Of a DNA stretch of 64,000 nucleotides, positions 8,858 through 19,385 are shown in pieces. This DNA comes from an archaeon (GTDB lineage Archaea; Asgardarchaeota; Thorarchaeia; Thorarchaeales; Thorarchaeaceae): positions 17,346 through 81,345 of the forward strand of contig JAJRWI010000007.1 of NCBI GenBank assembly GCA_024276825.1, read 5' to 3'. A program made the position numbers and the translations under genes. How positions within the stretch are numbered: position 1 is the first letter of the stretch; each line of letters opens with the position of its first letter. The notes under the pieces are model-generated. The model was not told where the DNA came from and ran no database searches. It was given only the letters and a program-made list of their open reading frames with translations.

Positions 8858-11322
8858 TAGAGTTTATGCTCCGTTCTAGCGATTATCTCCTCTTGAAGTT
8901 CTCTTCCAATTTGAGTGAAGAAGGCATTATAGCCAGTGACTCTGACCAAGAGGTTGGAATATGAGTCGGGGTCTTTCTGCGCAGCACGGAGGGTCTTGGC
9001 ATCGATTATGTTGATCTGAAGAGCAGTTCCACCAGCTTCGCCATAGGCCCTCAATAGTGCTGCTAATTTAGCGATATGCTCAGGGGTCTTGACCATTGAT
9101 GGACTGAGGGTTATAGTATGTGATGCACCATTGGGCACCGTTTCAAGGCCGAGTTTACCAACCGATCGAATGGAAGCCGTGGGCCCCTTCATATCCATTC
9201 CTTGCACAGCACCAACACCGCCTGAGAGGTATTCTCCACGTCGTCGGCCATCAGGTGTTGCCGCTGTAAGAGGTGCAAGAGGGATGAAGTAGTTCCAGCT
9301 CAGGTATCCTGCACGATAACGCCTGCCAGTGTAGGGGTTCTTGTGCTTGAAGGTTTCAGTTGCCCAGAACATGGAAAGGTGTCTTGTGACCTCATCTGCA
9401 TAATCATCGTCATTGCCAAACTTGGGAGCCTTATTTCTGAGCATCTGACGGATCTCCTCATAGCCCTCATAGTTGGCCTTGATTGCATTCAGTAGTTCTT
9501 CCATTGTGATCTTCTTATCTTCATAGACCAACTTCTTGACTGCAGTGACCGAGTCTGCGAGAGTAGCTATCCCCATGCCTTCAAGAGTGATGAAGTTCCA
9601 GTCTGTTCCGCCCTCATTAACATCCTTGCCACGCTCAGCACAACCATCCATCAGCGCACTGAGATATGGGGTCGGCTGGTATTTAGCCCTCAGCGTATCA
9701 GCCTTGTTTCCACAGTCTACAAGGAGTTTGATCAGTGCCTTGAGTTGCTCTTCAACAGCATTCAGGAACTGCCCGTAGTTCTCGAATTGAAGTGGGTCAC
9801 CAGTCTTCGGCCCTATCTGTTCGCCGGTCTGCATGTCTTTACCATTATTGAGAGCAAGCTCGACTGCCTTGGCGAGATTGATGTTTACATCCACAGTCCC
9901 TGACCTATCGTTCCCTTGCATGGTGTTCTCCAGACAACCCACAATTCCATAGTTCCATGCCTGCTCTCTGGGAATGCCTTCCCAGACGAGACCCTCAATA
10001 CTGTTCTCATCAAAATTCATCAGGAAGGGAGACCCTTGTGCCTTTGAGAGGACCTCTGCAACCCTGATGAGAAAGTCTTGTGGGGTGTTCTTATGGAGTC
10101 GAATGTTAGGCTTGGGCTCAAGTAGGTTCATCTCCTCAATCACCTCTAGAGCAAGCCATGTCAGATCATTGGTGAGGTCTTCGCCATTGGGTCCGCAACC
10201 ACTGAGGGTCATCAGTTGCCCGAAGCTTGAATTAATACCTTGGTTTATCCCAAGTCGGCCCTGATAATCGTAAGCATAATTGTGTTTGATCCAATAACAT
10301 TGAAGAAGCTCCTTCGCCTGCTCGCGAGTCAATTCACCTTTGTCGATACTACGCTTATAATAAGGATACATGTACTGGTCCCATCGACCATGAGAGAGCC
10401 CTGCTCCAGGATATGACTCTGCAGCCATGACCAGCATATGGGTCATCCAGAGTGATTGGAGTGCCTCCCAGAAGGTTTCTGCCGGTTCCCATGGAACTTT
10501 TCGACAGATTCGGGCAATTTCAAGGAGTTCACTCTTCCTCTTCGAGTTGCTCTCTGATTCGGCGAGTTCCTCAGCTTTAGCGGCATATCTGAGGCTGAGG
10601 TCTCTTGCAGTCCTTAGACTGAGAATTAATGCATCAATGAATTCACGATGCTCCTTGGAAGTCTTGCGCCTCTTAATCTCCTCATATTCTTCAACAATAC
10701 CTCGCATGCCCATTCTCAAGACCTTTGCATAGTTGGGAATCAGATGGCCAGGTGCAGCTGAAGCAGTTCCAACGCCAAGTCTTGCAAGACGGGCGGCCTC
10801 CTTGAACCACTTTTTCATCTCTTTGTTCCGGGCCTTTGCCTCATTCTTGTTAAGAGACCTTGAGAGTGCAGTATTGAAATGAAAACCAACAATGAGCTCA
10901 CCATCTAGAATCTCAGTGGGCATGTAATGAACCATTGCCTCATAAAAGAAGATAGCACGTCGCATCGCCAGGTCATGTTCCCAGTAGTCCTCTGGAAGAT
11001 CAACCTTCACTGCCATTGCTCTTAGCGAACCCTGAATTGATGTCATGAATTGATATATCGCAGGCTCATTTGCCCAGTCATGAAGCGCATAGACATCATC
11101 CCATTCTGTACCTGTTGTGAATGCAAATGGCTCGTTCGTGATAGTCCGCTTGTCGAATGAATAGAACTGATCACGAAGTTTCTTCACACGCTCAGGCAAT
11201 TTTTCAGATGGCGACCAGATCTGAACAGTTTGATCGTCAGTACCTTCAACGGTCACATTGAACACTTCCAAGGGGAGTATTACATTGGAAAACAGGCTTT
11301 TAGGTGTAATTGTAAAGACCAA
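8857..11322 (-). CDS. Glycyl radical enzyme, PFL2/dehydratase-like, substrate unknown (true start probably about 20 codons downstream of 11322)
   Basis: Gly loop LLVRVTGY; single-Cys loop VGCLE; ATPDGR; PKFGNDD; adjacent activase. Confidence 0.93.
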   Translation of the reverse strand: MVFTITPKSLFSNVILPLEVFNVTVEGTDDQTVQIWSPSEKLPERVKKLRDQFYSFDKRTITNEPFAFTTGTEWDDVYALHDWANEPAIYQFMTSIQGSLRAMAVKVDLPEDYWEHDLAMRRAIFFYEAMVHYMPTEILDGELIVGFHFNTALSRSLNKNEAKARNKEMKKWFKEAARLARLGVGTASAAPGHLIPNYAKVLRMGMRGIVEEYEEIKRRKTSKEHREFIDALILSLRTARDLSLRYAAKAEELAESESNSKRKSELLEIARICRKVPWEPAETFWEALQSLWMTHMLVMAAESYPGAGLSHGRWDQYMYPYYKRSIDKGELTREQAKELLQCYWIKHNYAYDYQGRLGINQGINSSFGQLMTLSGCGPNGEDLTNDLTWLALEVIEEMNLLEPKPNIRLHKNTPQDFLIRVAEVLSKAQGSPFLMNFDENSIEGLVWEGIPREQAWNYGIVGCLENTMQGNDRSGTVDVNINLAKAVELALNNGKDMQTGEQIGPKTGDPLQFENYGQFLNAVEEQLKALIKLLVDCGNKADTLRAKYQPTPYLSALMDGCAERGKDVNEGGTDWNFITLEGMGIATLADSVTAVKKLVYEDKKITMEELLNAIKANYEGYEEIRQMLRNKAPKFGNDDDYADEVTRHLSMFWATETFKHKNPYTGRRYRAGYLSWNYFIPLAPLTAATPDGRRRGEYLSGGVGAVQGMDMKGPTASIRSVGKLGLETVPNGASHTITLSPSMVKTPEHIAKLAALLRAYGEAGGTALQINIIDAKTLRAAQKDPDSYSNLLVRVTGYNAFFTQIGRELQEEIIARTEHKL

Positions 11323-11557
11323 CGTGGGCAGAAATCGGAACTGTGGATTTGATCATTGGTGTGATGTTCGAAACGTGGGTACTTGCATGTGCGTATTATA
11401 CTCGTTCATTCAGCAATTTTCGGAAATGCATTTACAATAATTATCAACCAGATAATAGTTCGTACATCTGTGGTATAGACAATATCTTTAAAAAAGAGGC
11501 AAGACCTCTGGGCGTGCAACACACTGCCTTGAATAAGGGTTGCAGGATGATTGCAGA

Positions 11558-13141
11558 ATGAGAAAGACCAGTATTATGACCCTTCTAATAGTATCGCTTG
11601 TGTTTGCAGGGGCACTATTCATGGTCCCCAGTGCAACAGTCACTAATGAGGCTGCATCTTCAGCTAATATTGAGACCTTTGCATTTGCAGGCTTTGATTC
11701 TGAAAATATCACAGTAGTTCTTCTCACACCTGCTAACGAGTCTGAGATTGCTGGCACTGTTGATTTGACGTTTAACATCACTTCTGTCAATGGCCCACTA
11801 AATCTCACCCTGTTTGTTGATGATGATATTCACCCGGATTACAATAACACGGAGATATCACTTGCAGTCAATGCCACAACTACTGTGAACATCACTGTTG
11901 ACACAACAGTGCTACCAGAGGGGTTATTGAATTTCACATTTCTATTTGAGGACAACACCACTGGAATTGTTGACAAGGAAACCTATCATCTGAGATTTCT
12001 TGTCAATAACCATGGTGCCCCATCCATAAAAATGATCTCGCCAAGTGAGGGAGAAACAATAATTGGTCTTGCTGACATTCTGCTTAATATAACATCTGAC
12101 TATCCCGAAGTGTACATGAACCTCACAGTTGATGGAGAACTTGACCCTGACTTCAATATGACATTAGTTCCTGCCACGCTTGCAAATCATACATTAAACT
12201 GCAGTCGTTATGACAATGGTCATCATGTGATAAAGATCACCATCTGGACTGAAGAGGGCCTTCAGGCAAGTGTTGAACGCGAGGTCATATTTCTCGATTA
12301 TGTGAGATTCGCTATTACTGGCATGGCATCTTATGCCAGAGTTTCAGGAAATCAGACCTTCGATATCAAAGTGTTCACCCCTTATGATACCGTCACGCTA
12401 ACTGCATATGTTGATGATGTCTTGGCACCTGATGTGGTGAATATCACGCTTCATGAGGGGCAGGACTCGTTCATCATGGACACTACATATTACTCAGAGG
12501 GTGAACACAATTTCACATTCATTGCATATGACGCGTTTGGGCACAAATGGGAAACCACGATGATATTTGTAGTAGATAACTATGGAGTCCCAGAAGTTCA
12601 CTTTGTCGCACCTACTGAGGATATTGTTGTTGGCATTGCAGAATTCACAATTCAGATCGACTCTAATTGGGAAAATGTCACAATTACGGTTCTTGTTGAT
12701 GGTGAGGAAATTCCTGAGCTGACAAACATCACAGTCAACACCGGCGAGTATACATTCACTATTGATACATCTCAATATTCAAAATGGCAGCATGAAGTGA
12801 CTGTGAAAGTAGAAACTTTAGAGGGCGAAACTGCAGAAACTTCAGAGATGTTCGGGTTTGCCAACTTCAGGCTTGAGGAGATAGCGAGTATAATAGTAAT
12901 CTTGGGGGTAGCATTTGTAATCCCAATACGCAGAAAAATAGCGGGTTATCCCATCAAGTCAATATTGATTGTTGATGTGATATTTATCCTTGTTACCGCA
13001 GGTGTCTTTCTTACACTGGGAGTCACATCATATTCATTGATGGTCTGGCACATTAATCTTGCAAGCATCTGGGCACTTGGTTCTGCACTGATATTCACCA
13101 ACTGGGTGCTGCCATTGTTTGAGAAGGTTGAGGAAGAGTAA
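11558..13141 (+). CDS. Cell-surface glycoprotein with about 4 Ig-like repeats and C-terminal membrane anchor
   Basis: Signal peptide MRKTSIMTLLIVSLVFAG; repeats beginning LLTPANESEIAG, MISPSEGETIIG and FVAPTEDIVVG; many N-x-S/T sequons; 3 C-terminal TM helices. Confidence 0.75.
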   Translation: MRKTSIMTLLIVSLVFAGALFMVPSATVTNEAASSANIETFAFAGFDSENITVVLLTPANESEIAGTVDLTFNITSVNGPLNLTLFVDDDIHPDYNNTEISLAVNATTTVNITVDTTVLPEGLLNFTFLFEDNTTGIVDKETYHLRFLVNNHGAPSIKMISPSEGETIIGLADILLNITSDYPEVYMNLTVDGELDPDFNMTLVPATLANHTLNCSRYDNGHHVIKITIWTEEGLQASVEREVIFLDYVRFAITGMASYARVSGNQTFDIKVFTPYDTVTLTAYVDDVLAPDVVNITLHEGQDSFIMDTTYYSEGEHNFTFIAYDAFGHKWETTMIFVVDNYGVPEVHFVAPTEDIVVGIAEFTIQIDSNWENVTITVLVDGEEIPELTNITVNTGEYTFTIDTSQYSKWQHEVTVKVETLEGETAETSEMFGFANFRLEEIASIIVILGVAFVIPIRRKIAGYPIKSILIVDVIFILVTAGVFLTLGVTSYSLMVWHINLASIWALGSALIFTNWVLPLFEKVEEE

Positions 13142-13144
13142 GTC

Positions 13145-13993
13145 TCATAGCACACGCATAACTGGGATGTCCTTTTCTGGGGACACATCCCAGTCAGCCA
13201 TTTTTCCAATCATGTCCAGTTGGCTACTCTGAACTATGCTGAAAACACTATTACAATGCCATCTTGAAGCAGCCTTTGCAGTCTTGATAATGATTGCATC
13301 AATAAACTCTATTCCGTGCTTGGTTACATCAGCTGCGAATTGTGCGGTCTTATTCAGTCTGTTGATCACTACGCCCACACCGAGTAATTTAGAGCCGTAA
13401 TAGTATTCCAGTAATCTCCCCTTTTTGTTTTGCATCTTCAGTTCTGCAATCAGATCTGTGATTGCTCCAGGGTATGAATAGTTTGAGAATCTCATTTTTC
13501 GGGGAATCTTGTCAGCCACAGAGTGCTCAACTACTGAGACATTATTGAAGCGGACCTTTGGTAGTTTTGAGATTGGGACTTCTATCCTTGATAGGCTTCC
13601 TTTTGCAAAGTATTTGTTAGTCATCCAGTAGTTATAGTCTTCAGGTGTCGTGATATGAAAGATCTGTCCAGCATCTTGTGACACCATTATCTTCTCTGCT
13701 GCTTTCACCAGCTTGGGTCCTACAACATCACGAGATTCACGAGCATCAATATGGTGGTCCATGATTATTCCAGTCTTTCCGAGTTGAAGGTTGTTCTCCA
13801 TACGAAAAATAATCTCGCCAATTACCATTTCCTTGGACTCGGCAACAAGCCAACCATTCCTGCTGATAAGGGGATTTCTATGAATCGCTTTAACTTGTTC
13901 CACATTGACAATGTCTTCCATTGAATGCGAACTCTGGTATACCTCCAAGAGATCCTTGCAGTCCTTCATCACACCTCTTCTTATCAAGACCAT
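13145..13993 (-). CDS. GNAT-fold protein (divergent)
   Basis: IRRGVMKD start, WLVAE...IGEI, RDVVGPKLVKAAE resembling GNAT motif A. Confidence 0.55.
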   Translation of the reverse strand: MVLIRRGVMKDCKDLLEVYQSSHSMEDIVNVEQVKAIHRNPLISRNGWLVAESKEMVIGEIIFRMENNLQLGKTGIIMDHHIDARESRDVVGPKLVKAAEKIMVSQDAGQIFHITTPEDYNYWMTNKYFAKGSLSRIEVPISKLPKVRFNNVSVVEHSVADKIPRKMRFSNYSYPGAITDLIAELKMQNKKGRLLEYYYGSKLLGVGVVINRLNKTAQFAADVTKHGIEFIDAIIIKTAKAASRWHCNSVFSIVQSSQLDMIGKMADWDVSPEKDIPVMRVL

Positions 13994-14142
13994 GATTCAC
14001 TCACCATCGACTACAGAGAATGCTTACAACCTACGATAAAATAAGAGCTAGTATGACACTTGTGCAAAGTTCAATTCATTCGGAAAAATATGATAAGGAG
14101 CCAATTGCTAACCATTTGACAATATAATTATGTTAAGCTCAG

Positions 14143-14706
14143 GTGGGAATGATGAGTCGTGCTATTAGGATGCTTATTCTAATCATCCTACTATTATTTG
14201 GCATCTTTGAACTAGTCTATGGATTTCTTGGGGTCAGTATCTATGGAATATTTGGTGTGATTCCTGAGTCAGGATTACCAGCAATATTACCGCTTATAGT
14301 GGGAGTATTTCTCTGTCTGGTATCAGTCTATCTGCTCAGTTCAATGCTTATCAAAGAAGGTAGAATGAAGAGAATTGTGGGTGTCGCGAGCTCATACGAA
14401 AAAATAACTATTGCAGAGATCAGTGAACTATCTGGGGTTAAGACCTCAAATGTGAAACCATTGTTGTTTGAGGCAATTGCAGAAGGTCTTCTACATGGTG
14501 TGATTAAAGAGAACACATTCATTCGAAAGGAGGCTGAGGCCGAGGTCATAATTGAGCGGGAGGTAATGGTGACCCGTAAGGCTCCAGAAAAATGCTACAA
14601 GTGCGGCGCCTCATTGAATCCGCAGGAGGTTGAATGGGTAGGGCCCGATCAGTTCAGATGTGCTCATTGTGGTGCAGTAATGACAGTCGAAACTGAGAGA
14701 ATCTGA
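14143..14706 (+). CDS. Membrane protein with PCI-like winged helix and C-terminal zinc ribbon
   Basis: Two N-terminal TM helices; YEKITIAEISELSG...LFEAIAEGLLHGVI; CYKCG...CAHCG. Confidence 0.7.
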   Translation: MGMMSRAIRMLILIILLLFGIFELVYGFLGVSIYGIFGVIPESGLPAILPLIVGVFLCLVSVYLLSSMLIKEGRMKRIVGVASSYEKITIAEISELSGVKTSNVKPLLFEAIAEGLLHGVIKENTFIRKEAEAEVIIEREVMVTRKAPEKCYKCGASLNPQEVEWVGPDQFRCAHCGAVMTVETERI

Positions 14707-14779
14707 GCTGAGAAGTGGGAATCATTATAATCTCGCCCTGTTGACCCATATTAATGCAAATAGTTGTTTGACCTAGGCA

Positions 14780-15301
14780 ATGAGTTTACACTTCATAAGC
14801 CTTTTATTTGTCGGACGTCCGCAGGCGCACATGCAAGCACCTCCGACTGACCAATTACACTCGAAGCTCATTCCTATGCTTCAAGAGATACAGGAACGTC
14901 TGGGGTACATCGCTCCTGAAGCTGTTGAGTGGCTTGCAAAAGAGCTAAAACTCAGTGAGCAGGAGATTTACGGTGTAGCCACATTTTACAACTTTTTCAG
15001 GCTCAATCCACCTGGACGTCATGAAATCAGAGTATGCCTTGGGACTGCATGCCATGTGCAGGGGAATGAGAAGCTCCTAGACACTATTTGTGAACGTCTT
15101 GGCATCCAGCCAGGGGAAACCACCCCTGATGGCAGATATAGCCTTGAACGTGTTGCATGTGTTGGTGCATGTGCACTTGCACCTGCAATTGTGATTGATG
15201 ATGAAGTTCACGGAAGAATGACACAAAGGGCGCTCCAAAGACTCTTGGACAAAATAGACCGAGAGGATGAAGAGGCCATGAAAAAGAGGGGTGAAAAGTA
15301 A
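14780..15301 (+). CDS. nuoE: NuoE/HydC-like thioredoxin-fold [2Fe-2S] subunit (likely start ATG 14831)
   Basis: GVATFY, VCLGTACH, ACVGACALAP. Confidence 0.93.
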   Translation: MSLHFISLLFVGRPQAHMQAPPTDQLHSKLIPMLQEIQERLGYIAPEAVEWLAKELKLSEQEIYGVATFYNFFRLNPPGRHEIRVCLGTACHVQGNEKLLDTICERLGIQPGETTPDGRYSLERVACVGACALAPAIVIDDEVHGRMTQRALQRLLDKIDREDEEAMKKRGEK

Positions 15302-17139
15302 TGGCCGATGAAAAGATTGAACTCTTGGTCTGTCTTGGGACAGGCTGTGAGTCTGCAAAGTCAGATGTTCTTTTTGCAAAATTGTCCGACGAGATCAAGA
15401 AGCACAAGTTAGAGAACAAAGCAGCGGTCAAGAGAATCGGATGTCACGGTCTATGCCAGCAGGGACCAGTGATTGCGGTTGAGCCCGAGGGACTGTTTTA
15501 TTGTCAGGTCAAAGAGTCAGACATTGAAGAGATCATACAATCGCATCTCATCAAGGGTAAACCTGTAGAACGACTATTCTACGAACATGATGATGGGACG
15601 AGAATTCCTCATTATAGGGACATTCCATTCTATGCAAAGCAAACGCGAGTTGTGCTCAAGAATTCAGGTCATATTGATCCTAGCAAGATTGATGATTACA
15701 TTGCAGTTGGAGGGTACAAGGGTCTTGAGCGTGCTCTGAAGGAGATGAGCCCAGAAGAAGTCATTGAGGAGGTCTACAACTCCGGACTGCGAGGAAGAGG
15801 CGGTGCAGGTTTCCCAACAGGATTAAAATGGAAATTCGCCCGTTCATCGCCAGGAGATGTCAAATATGCGATATGTAATGCCGATGAGGGAGATCCCGGG
15901 GCATTCATGGACGGTTCAATCCTTGTTGCAGATCCCCATTCCGTTCTGGAGGGGCTTTCAATTGCTGCATATGCCATTGGTGCCCGTGAGGCATTCATTT
16001 ATGTCAGACATGAGTATCCATCTGCAGTTGCTTCATTGAAGAAGGCCTTAAAGCAGTCATACGAGAGAGGATTCCTCGGGGAGAACATTCTTGGTACCGG
16101 TTTTAATCTTGATATTCGAATGATGGAAGGTGCTGGTGCATTCGTTTGTGGTGAGGAAACCGCACTGATGGCATCAATAGAGGGTAAGAGGGGAATGCCG
16201 AGACCGAGACCACCCTTTCCAACAGAGGCAGGTCTCTGGGGCAAGCCAACAGTGATCAATAATGTGAAGTCTTTGGCCGCAGTCGCGATCATTCTAAGAG
16301 AGGGCTGGGAATGGTTCAAATCAATTGGTACCGAGGGAAGTCCTGGGACTGCTATCTTCTCATTGACTGGAAAGGTCAAGAACACAGGACTAGTTGAAGT
16401 CCCCATGGGAGCCACACTGCGACACATCATCTTCGATGTCGGGGGTGGTGTGGGTACTGGCAGGGAGTTCAAGGCAGTTCAGACTGGAGGACCCGCAGGA
16501 GGTTGTCTACCAAAGGAGAAATTGGACCTACCAGTTGACTTTGACTCGCTTCGAGAAGCTGGCGCAATCATGGGTTCTGGTGGAATGATAGTAATGGACG
16601 AAACCACCTGCATGGTCGATGTTGCCCGATACTTCCTGTCATTCACGCAGCAGGAGTCATGCGGGAAGTGTACCCCCTGCAGAATGGGCACACTTGAGAT
16701 GCTAAAGATTCTCGACAAAATAAGAGAGGGCCGTGGCGAAGAGGGTGATATTGAGAAGCTTCTCGAGTTATGTGATACTGTTGTCAAGGGGTCTCTCTGC
16801 GGACTTGGTCAGAACGCACCCAACCCAGTTTTGACAACTATCAAATACTTCAGGGAAGAGTATGAAGCGCATATTCGCGACAAGACATGTCCTGCCATGG
16901 TCTGTCGTGATCTTGTGAAATATGTGATTGATCCTGACTTGTGCATTGGGTGTGGTGCTTGCAGCAGAATTTGCCCAACAGGGGCTGCACAGGGTGAGAA
17001 GAAGCAGGCACATCATATTGAGCAGGACATGTGCATAAAGTGTGGAGCATGCCTTGAGGTCTGTCCTCCAAAGGCCAGTGCTGTTCTAAAGATACCCATC
17101 AGCAAGACACTTGCTGATATTAAAGGAGGTGCTCAATAA
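15301..17139 (+). CDS. nuoF: NuoF/HydB-like FMN/NADH-binding subunit with N-terminal [2Fe-2S] and C-terminal 2x[4Fe-4S]
   Basis: GLRGRGGAGFPTG, NADEGDPGAFMD, GAGAFVCGEETAL, SCGKCTPCR...CGLG, C-terminal CIGCGAC/CIKCGAC. Confidence 0.95.
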   Translation: MADEKIELLVCLGTGCESAKSDVLFAKLSDEIKKHKLENKAAVKRIGCHGLCQQGPVIAVEPEGLFYCQVKESDIEEIIQSHLIKGKPVERLFYEHDDGTRIPHYRDIPFYAKQTRVVLKNSGHIDPSKIDDYIAVGGYKGLERALKEMSPEEVIEEVYNSGLRGRGGAGFPTGLKWKFARSSPGDVKYAICNADEGDPGAFMDGSILVADPHSVLEGLSIAAYAIGAREAFIYVRHEYPSAVASLKKALKQSYERGFLGENILGTGFNLDIRMMEGAGAFVCGEETALMASIEGKRGMPRPRPPFPTEAGLWGKPTVINNVKSLAAVAIILREGWEWFKSIGTEGSPGTAIFSLTGKVKNTGLVEVPMGATLRHIIFDVGGGVGTGREFKAVQTGGPAGGCLPKEKLDLPVDFDSLREAGAIMGSGGMIVMDETTCMVDVARYFLSFTQQESCGKCTPCRMGTLEMLKILDKIREGRGEEGDIEKLLELCDTVVKGSLCGLGQNAPNPVLTTIKYFREEYEAHIRDKTCPAMVCRDLVKYVIDPDLCIGCGACSRICPTGAAQGEKKQAHHIEQDMCIKCGACLEVCPPKASAVLKIPISKTLADIKGGAQ

Positions 17140-19385
17140 TGGCAGTCATCAAGATTGACAATCAGAACATTGAGTTTGAACCAACAATAGAGAAGACTAT
17201 CCTTGATGTTGCAAGAGAGGCCGGAATCTATATTCCCACACTCTGCGACCATGACGAACTCGAGCCCTATGGTGGCTGCCGAATGTGCTTGGTGGATGTA
17301 GAGGGTATGAGGGGCTATGTGCCTGCATGTACTACAACAGCCAAAGATGGTATGGTGGTAAAGACAAGCACTGATGAACTCAACTCGTTAAAGAGAAGGA
17401 TACTACAGCTCCTAATGATTGAACACCCAGTAGGTTGCATACTTTGTGATGAGAGAGAGCAGTGTGACAAGTTCAGACCTCAGGCTCAGAAGGCAGGTCG
17501 CGTCAGTGGATGCTATACATGTCCAAATAGAAATCATTGTGAGCTTGAAGAAGTTGTGAATTTTATTGGCATGAAAACATTGCCCTACGATCCAGAATAC
17601 AGAGATATCCCAGTGGAGCGAGAAGACCCGTTCTTTGATCGCGACTATAACTTATGCATTCTATGTGCAAGGTGTGTACGTGTATGTGATGATGTCAGAG
17701 GTACAGCCGCTATAACAATCGCAAAACGCGGTCATGAGTCCAGAATTGACACAGCATTTGGGACCTCACATGTGGAGTCAGGATGTTGGTTCTGTGGTGC
17801 TTGTGTTGATGTCTGCCCGACAGGGTCATTATCAGCCCGGAAAACAAAGTGGATTGGTATCCCAGAAGAAACTGTTGAGACCACCTGTGTTCTCTGCGGA
17901 ACTGGATGTCAGGTCAATATTGGTGTCAAGTATAACAAGATCATGTGGTCTGAACCCGGTAATAAGGACAGTCCGCCAAATCATCATCATATGTGCGTTC
18001 TTGGAAGATTCTGTATTCCAACCCTTGTGAACACTCCAAGAAGAACCAAGAACCCAATGATAACAAAGGATAGCATTTTGGTGCCAGCCAGTTGGGATGA
18101 AGCAATTAATGAGGCTGCCAGACTTCTGAAGGATACCCCCTCTGAGAAGATAGGCTTTATTGCAAGTCCTCAAATGACTACCGAGGCGGCATACCTGCTT
18201 CAAAAAATAGCGAGGGAAGGTGCTAATACCTCAGCTATTGACTTCATGGGTTCGGACTTTGCAGCGTTGATTCTGGGTAATCTTGCTGATGGACATGACA
18301 AGATTCAGACGCTTGACAAGTTGGACGAGGTTGATTGGATACTCTCAATTGGTGGCGACTTTGTTGTCACACATCAGGTAGTTGCCAAGAGTGTGTACAA
18401 GCAAGTAAGGAGAAATGTCCCTCTAATTCATGTGGGGCCAATCGGCGAGAATCTCAGGAGATGGGCCTCATACCATATCAATGTGCCCATCAAGAAGATT
18501 GAGAATGCCATTTCTAAGCTTGCCCAAAAGAGCATGAGCATCCCGTCTATAACCAAAGAGCAAGCTGAAAGAATTGCATCAATTATCAGCTCTGGCAGGG
18601 GTGCAATAATAGTTGGTTCCAGGATAATGGAAACAAAGAACCCTGACAAATGCTTGAGTGCACTACTGGAGATAATTGGTAGGGAAGGGGTTGTATATCC
18701 ACTTCTTCCGCTCGGCAATGAGTTAGGCCTGATCAAAGCTGGTGCGAGAGCAGACATTCTGCCTGGTCCTGCTGTGAATTCAGAGAAAGGGCTCACTCTT
18801 GGAGAACTCAGAGATAAAGCATCTAAAGGGCAAATCGAACTGCTCTATATCACTGATGGGTCTGTGTCACTCACGGGCTTTGAGAAGGTGGAGAATATCA
18901 TCTATCAGGCACCATATGCATCAGAGTGGACTGACAGAGCCACTGTGCTCTTGCCATCTGCAAGTTTTGCAGAAGAGGACGGGACATTTGTCAACCATGA
19001 GATGCGGGAGCTTAGATTGAAGAGAATCGTAGATCCACCATATCACGCCAGACAGGACTGGGAGATTCTTCAGAATATTGCAAGGAGCATTGGCCTTAGC
19101 AAATCAGATTACAAAAGTCCAGAAGATATTTGGAACGAACTTGAAAAGCAAAAGGCGGGTCTCAAGAAAGACATCTACAAACGCAAATCATGGACTCCCG
19201 CAAGGAAGGATGAAACCCGATGGAATCCCAAGTATCGCGGGGTGGCGATTGCAGAAGTTGTTAAGGACTTGAAGGTCCTCATTGATTCCTTACCAAGCAG
19301 AGAGGTTATTGAGAAGCGGGAATCACTTGATGAACTGCTGGAACGGCTTCAGAGAAAGATTCCTTCAAAGGAGGTGTTAGAATGA
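17139..19385 (+). CDS. NuoG/FdhA-like Fe-S protein with degenerate molybdopterin-oxidoreductase domain
   Basis: [2Fe-2S] PTLC...GGCRMC...C; HPVGCILC; CILCARCVRVC; CWFCGACVDVCP; CVLCGTGC...C; LLPSASFAEEDGTFVN; no Mo-ligand motif. Confidence 0.85.
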   Translation: MAVIKIDNQNIEFEPTIEKTILDVAREAGIYIPTLCDHDELEPYGGCRMCLVDVEGMRGYVPACTTTAKDGMVVKTSTDELNSLKRRILQLLMIEHPVGCILCDEREQCDKFRPQAQKAGRVSGCYTCPNRNHCELEEVVNFIGMKTLPYDPEYRDIPVEREDPFFDRDYNLCILCARCVRVCDDVRGTAAITIAKRGHESRIDTAFGTSHVESGCWFCGACVDVCPTGSLSARKTKWIGIPEETVETTCVLCGTGCQVNIGVKYNKIMWSEPGNKDSPPNHHHMCVLGRFCIPTLVNTPRRTKNPMITKDSILVPASWDEAINEAARLLKDTPSEKIGFIASPQMTTEAAYLLQKIAREGANTSAIDFMGSDFAALILGNLADGHDKIQTLDKLDEVDWILSIGGDFVVTHQVVAKSVYKQVRRNVPLIHVGPIGENLRRWASYHINVPIKKIENAISKLAQKSMSIPSITKEQAERIASIISSGRGAIIVGSRIMETKNPDKCLSALLEIIGREGVVYPLLPLGNELGLIKAGARADILPGPAVNSEKGLTLGELRDKASKGQIELLYITDGSVSLTGFEKVENIIYQAPYASEWTDRATVLLPSASFAEEDGTFVNHEMRELRLKRIVDPPYHARQDWEILQNIARSIGLSKSDYKSPEDIWNELEKQKAGLKKDIYKRKSWTPARKDETRWNPKYRGVAIAEVVKDLKVLIDSLPSREVIEKRESLDELLERLQRKIPSKEVLE

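Noticed and set aside
14780-19385. Respiratory complex I, formate dehydrogenase or [FeFe]-hydrogenase
   Set aside because: No membrane nuo genes, no Mo-ligand Cys/Sec-His motif and no H-cluster motifs.
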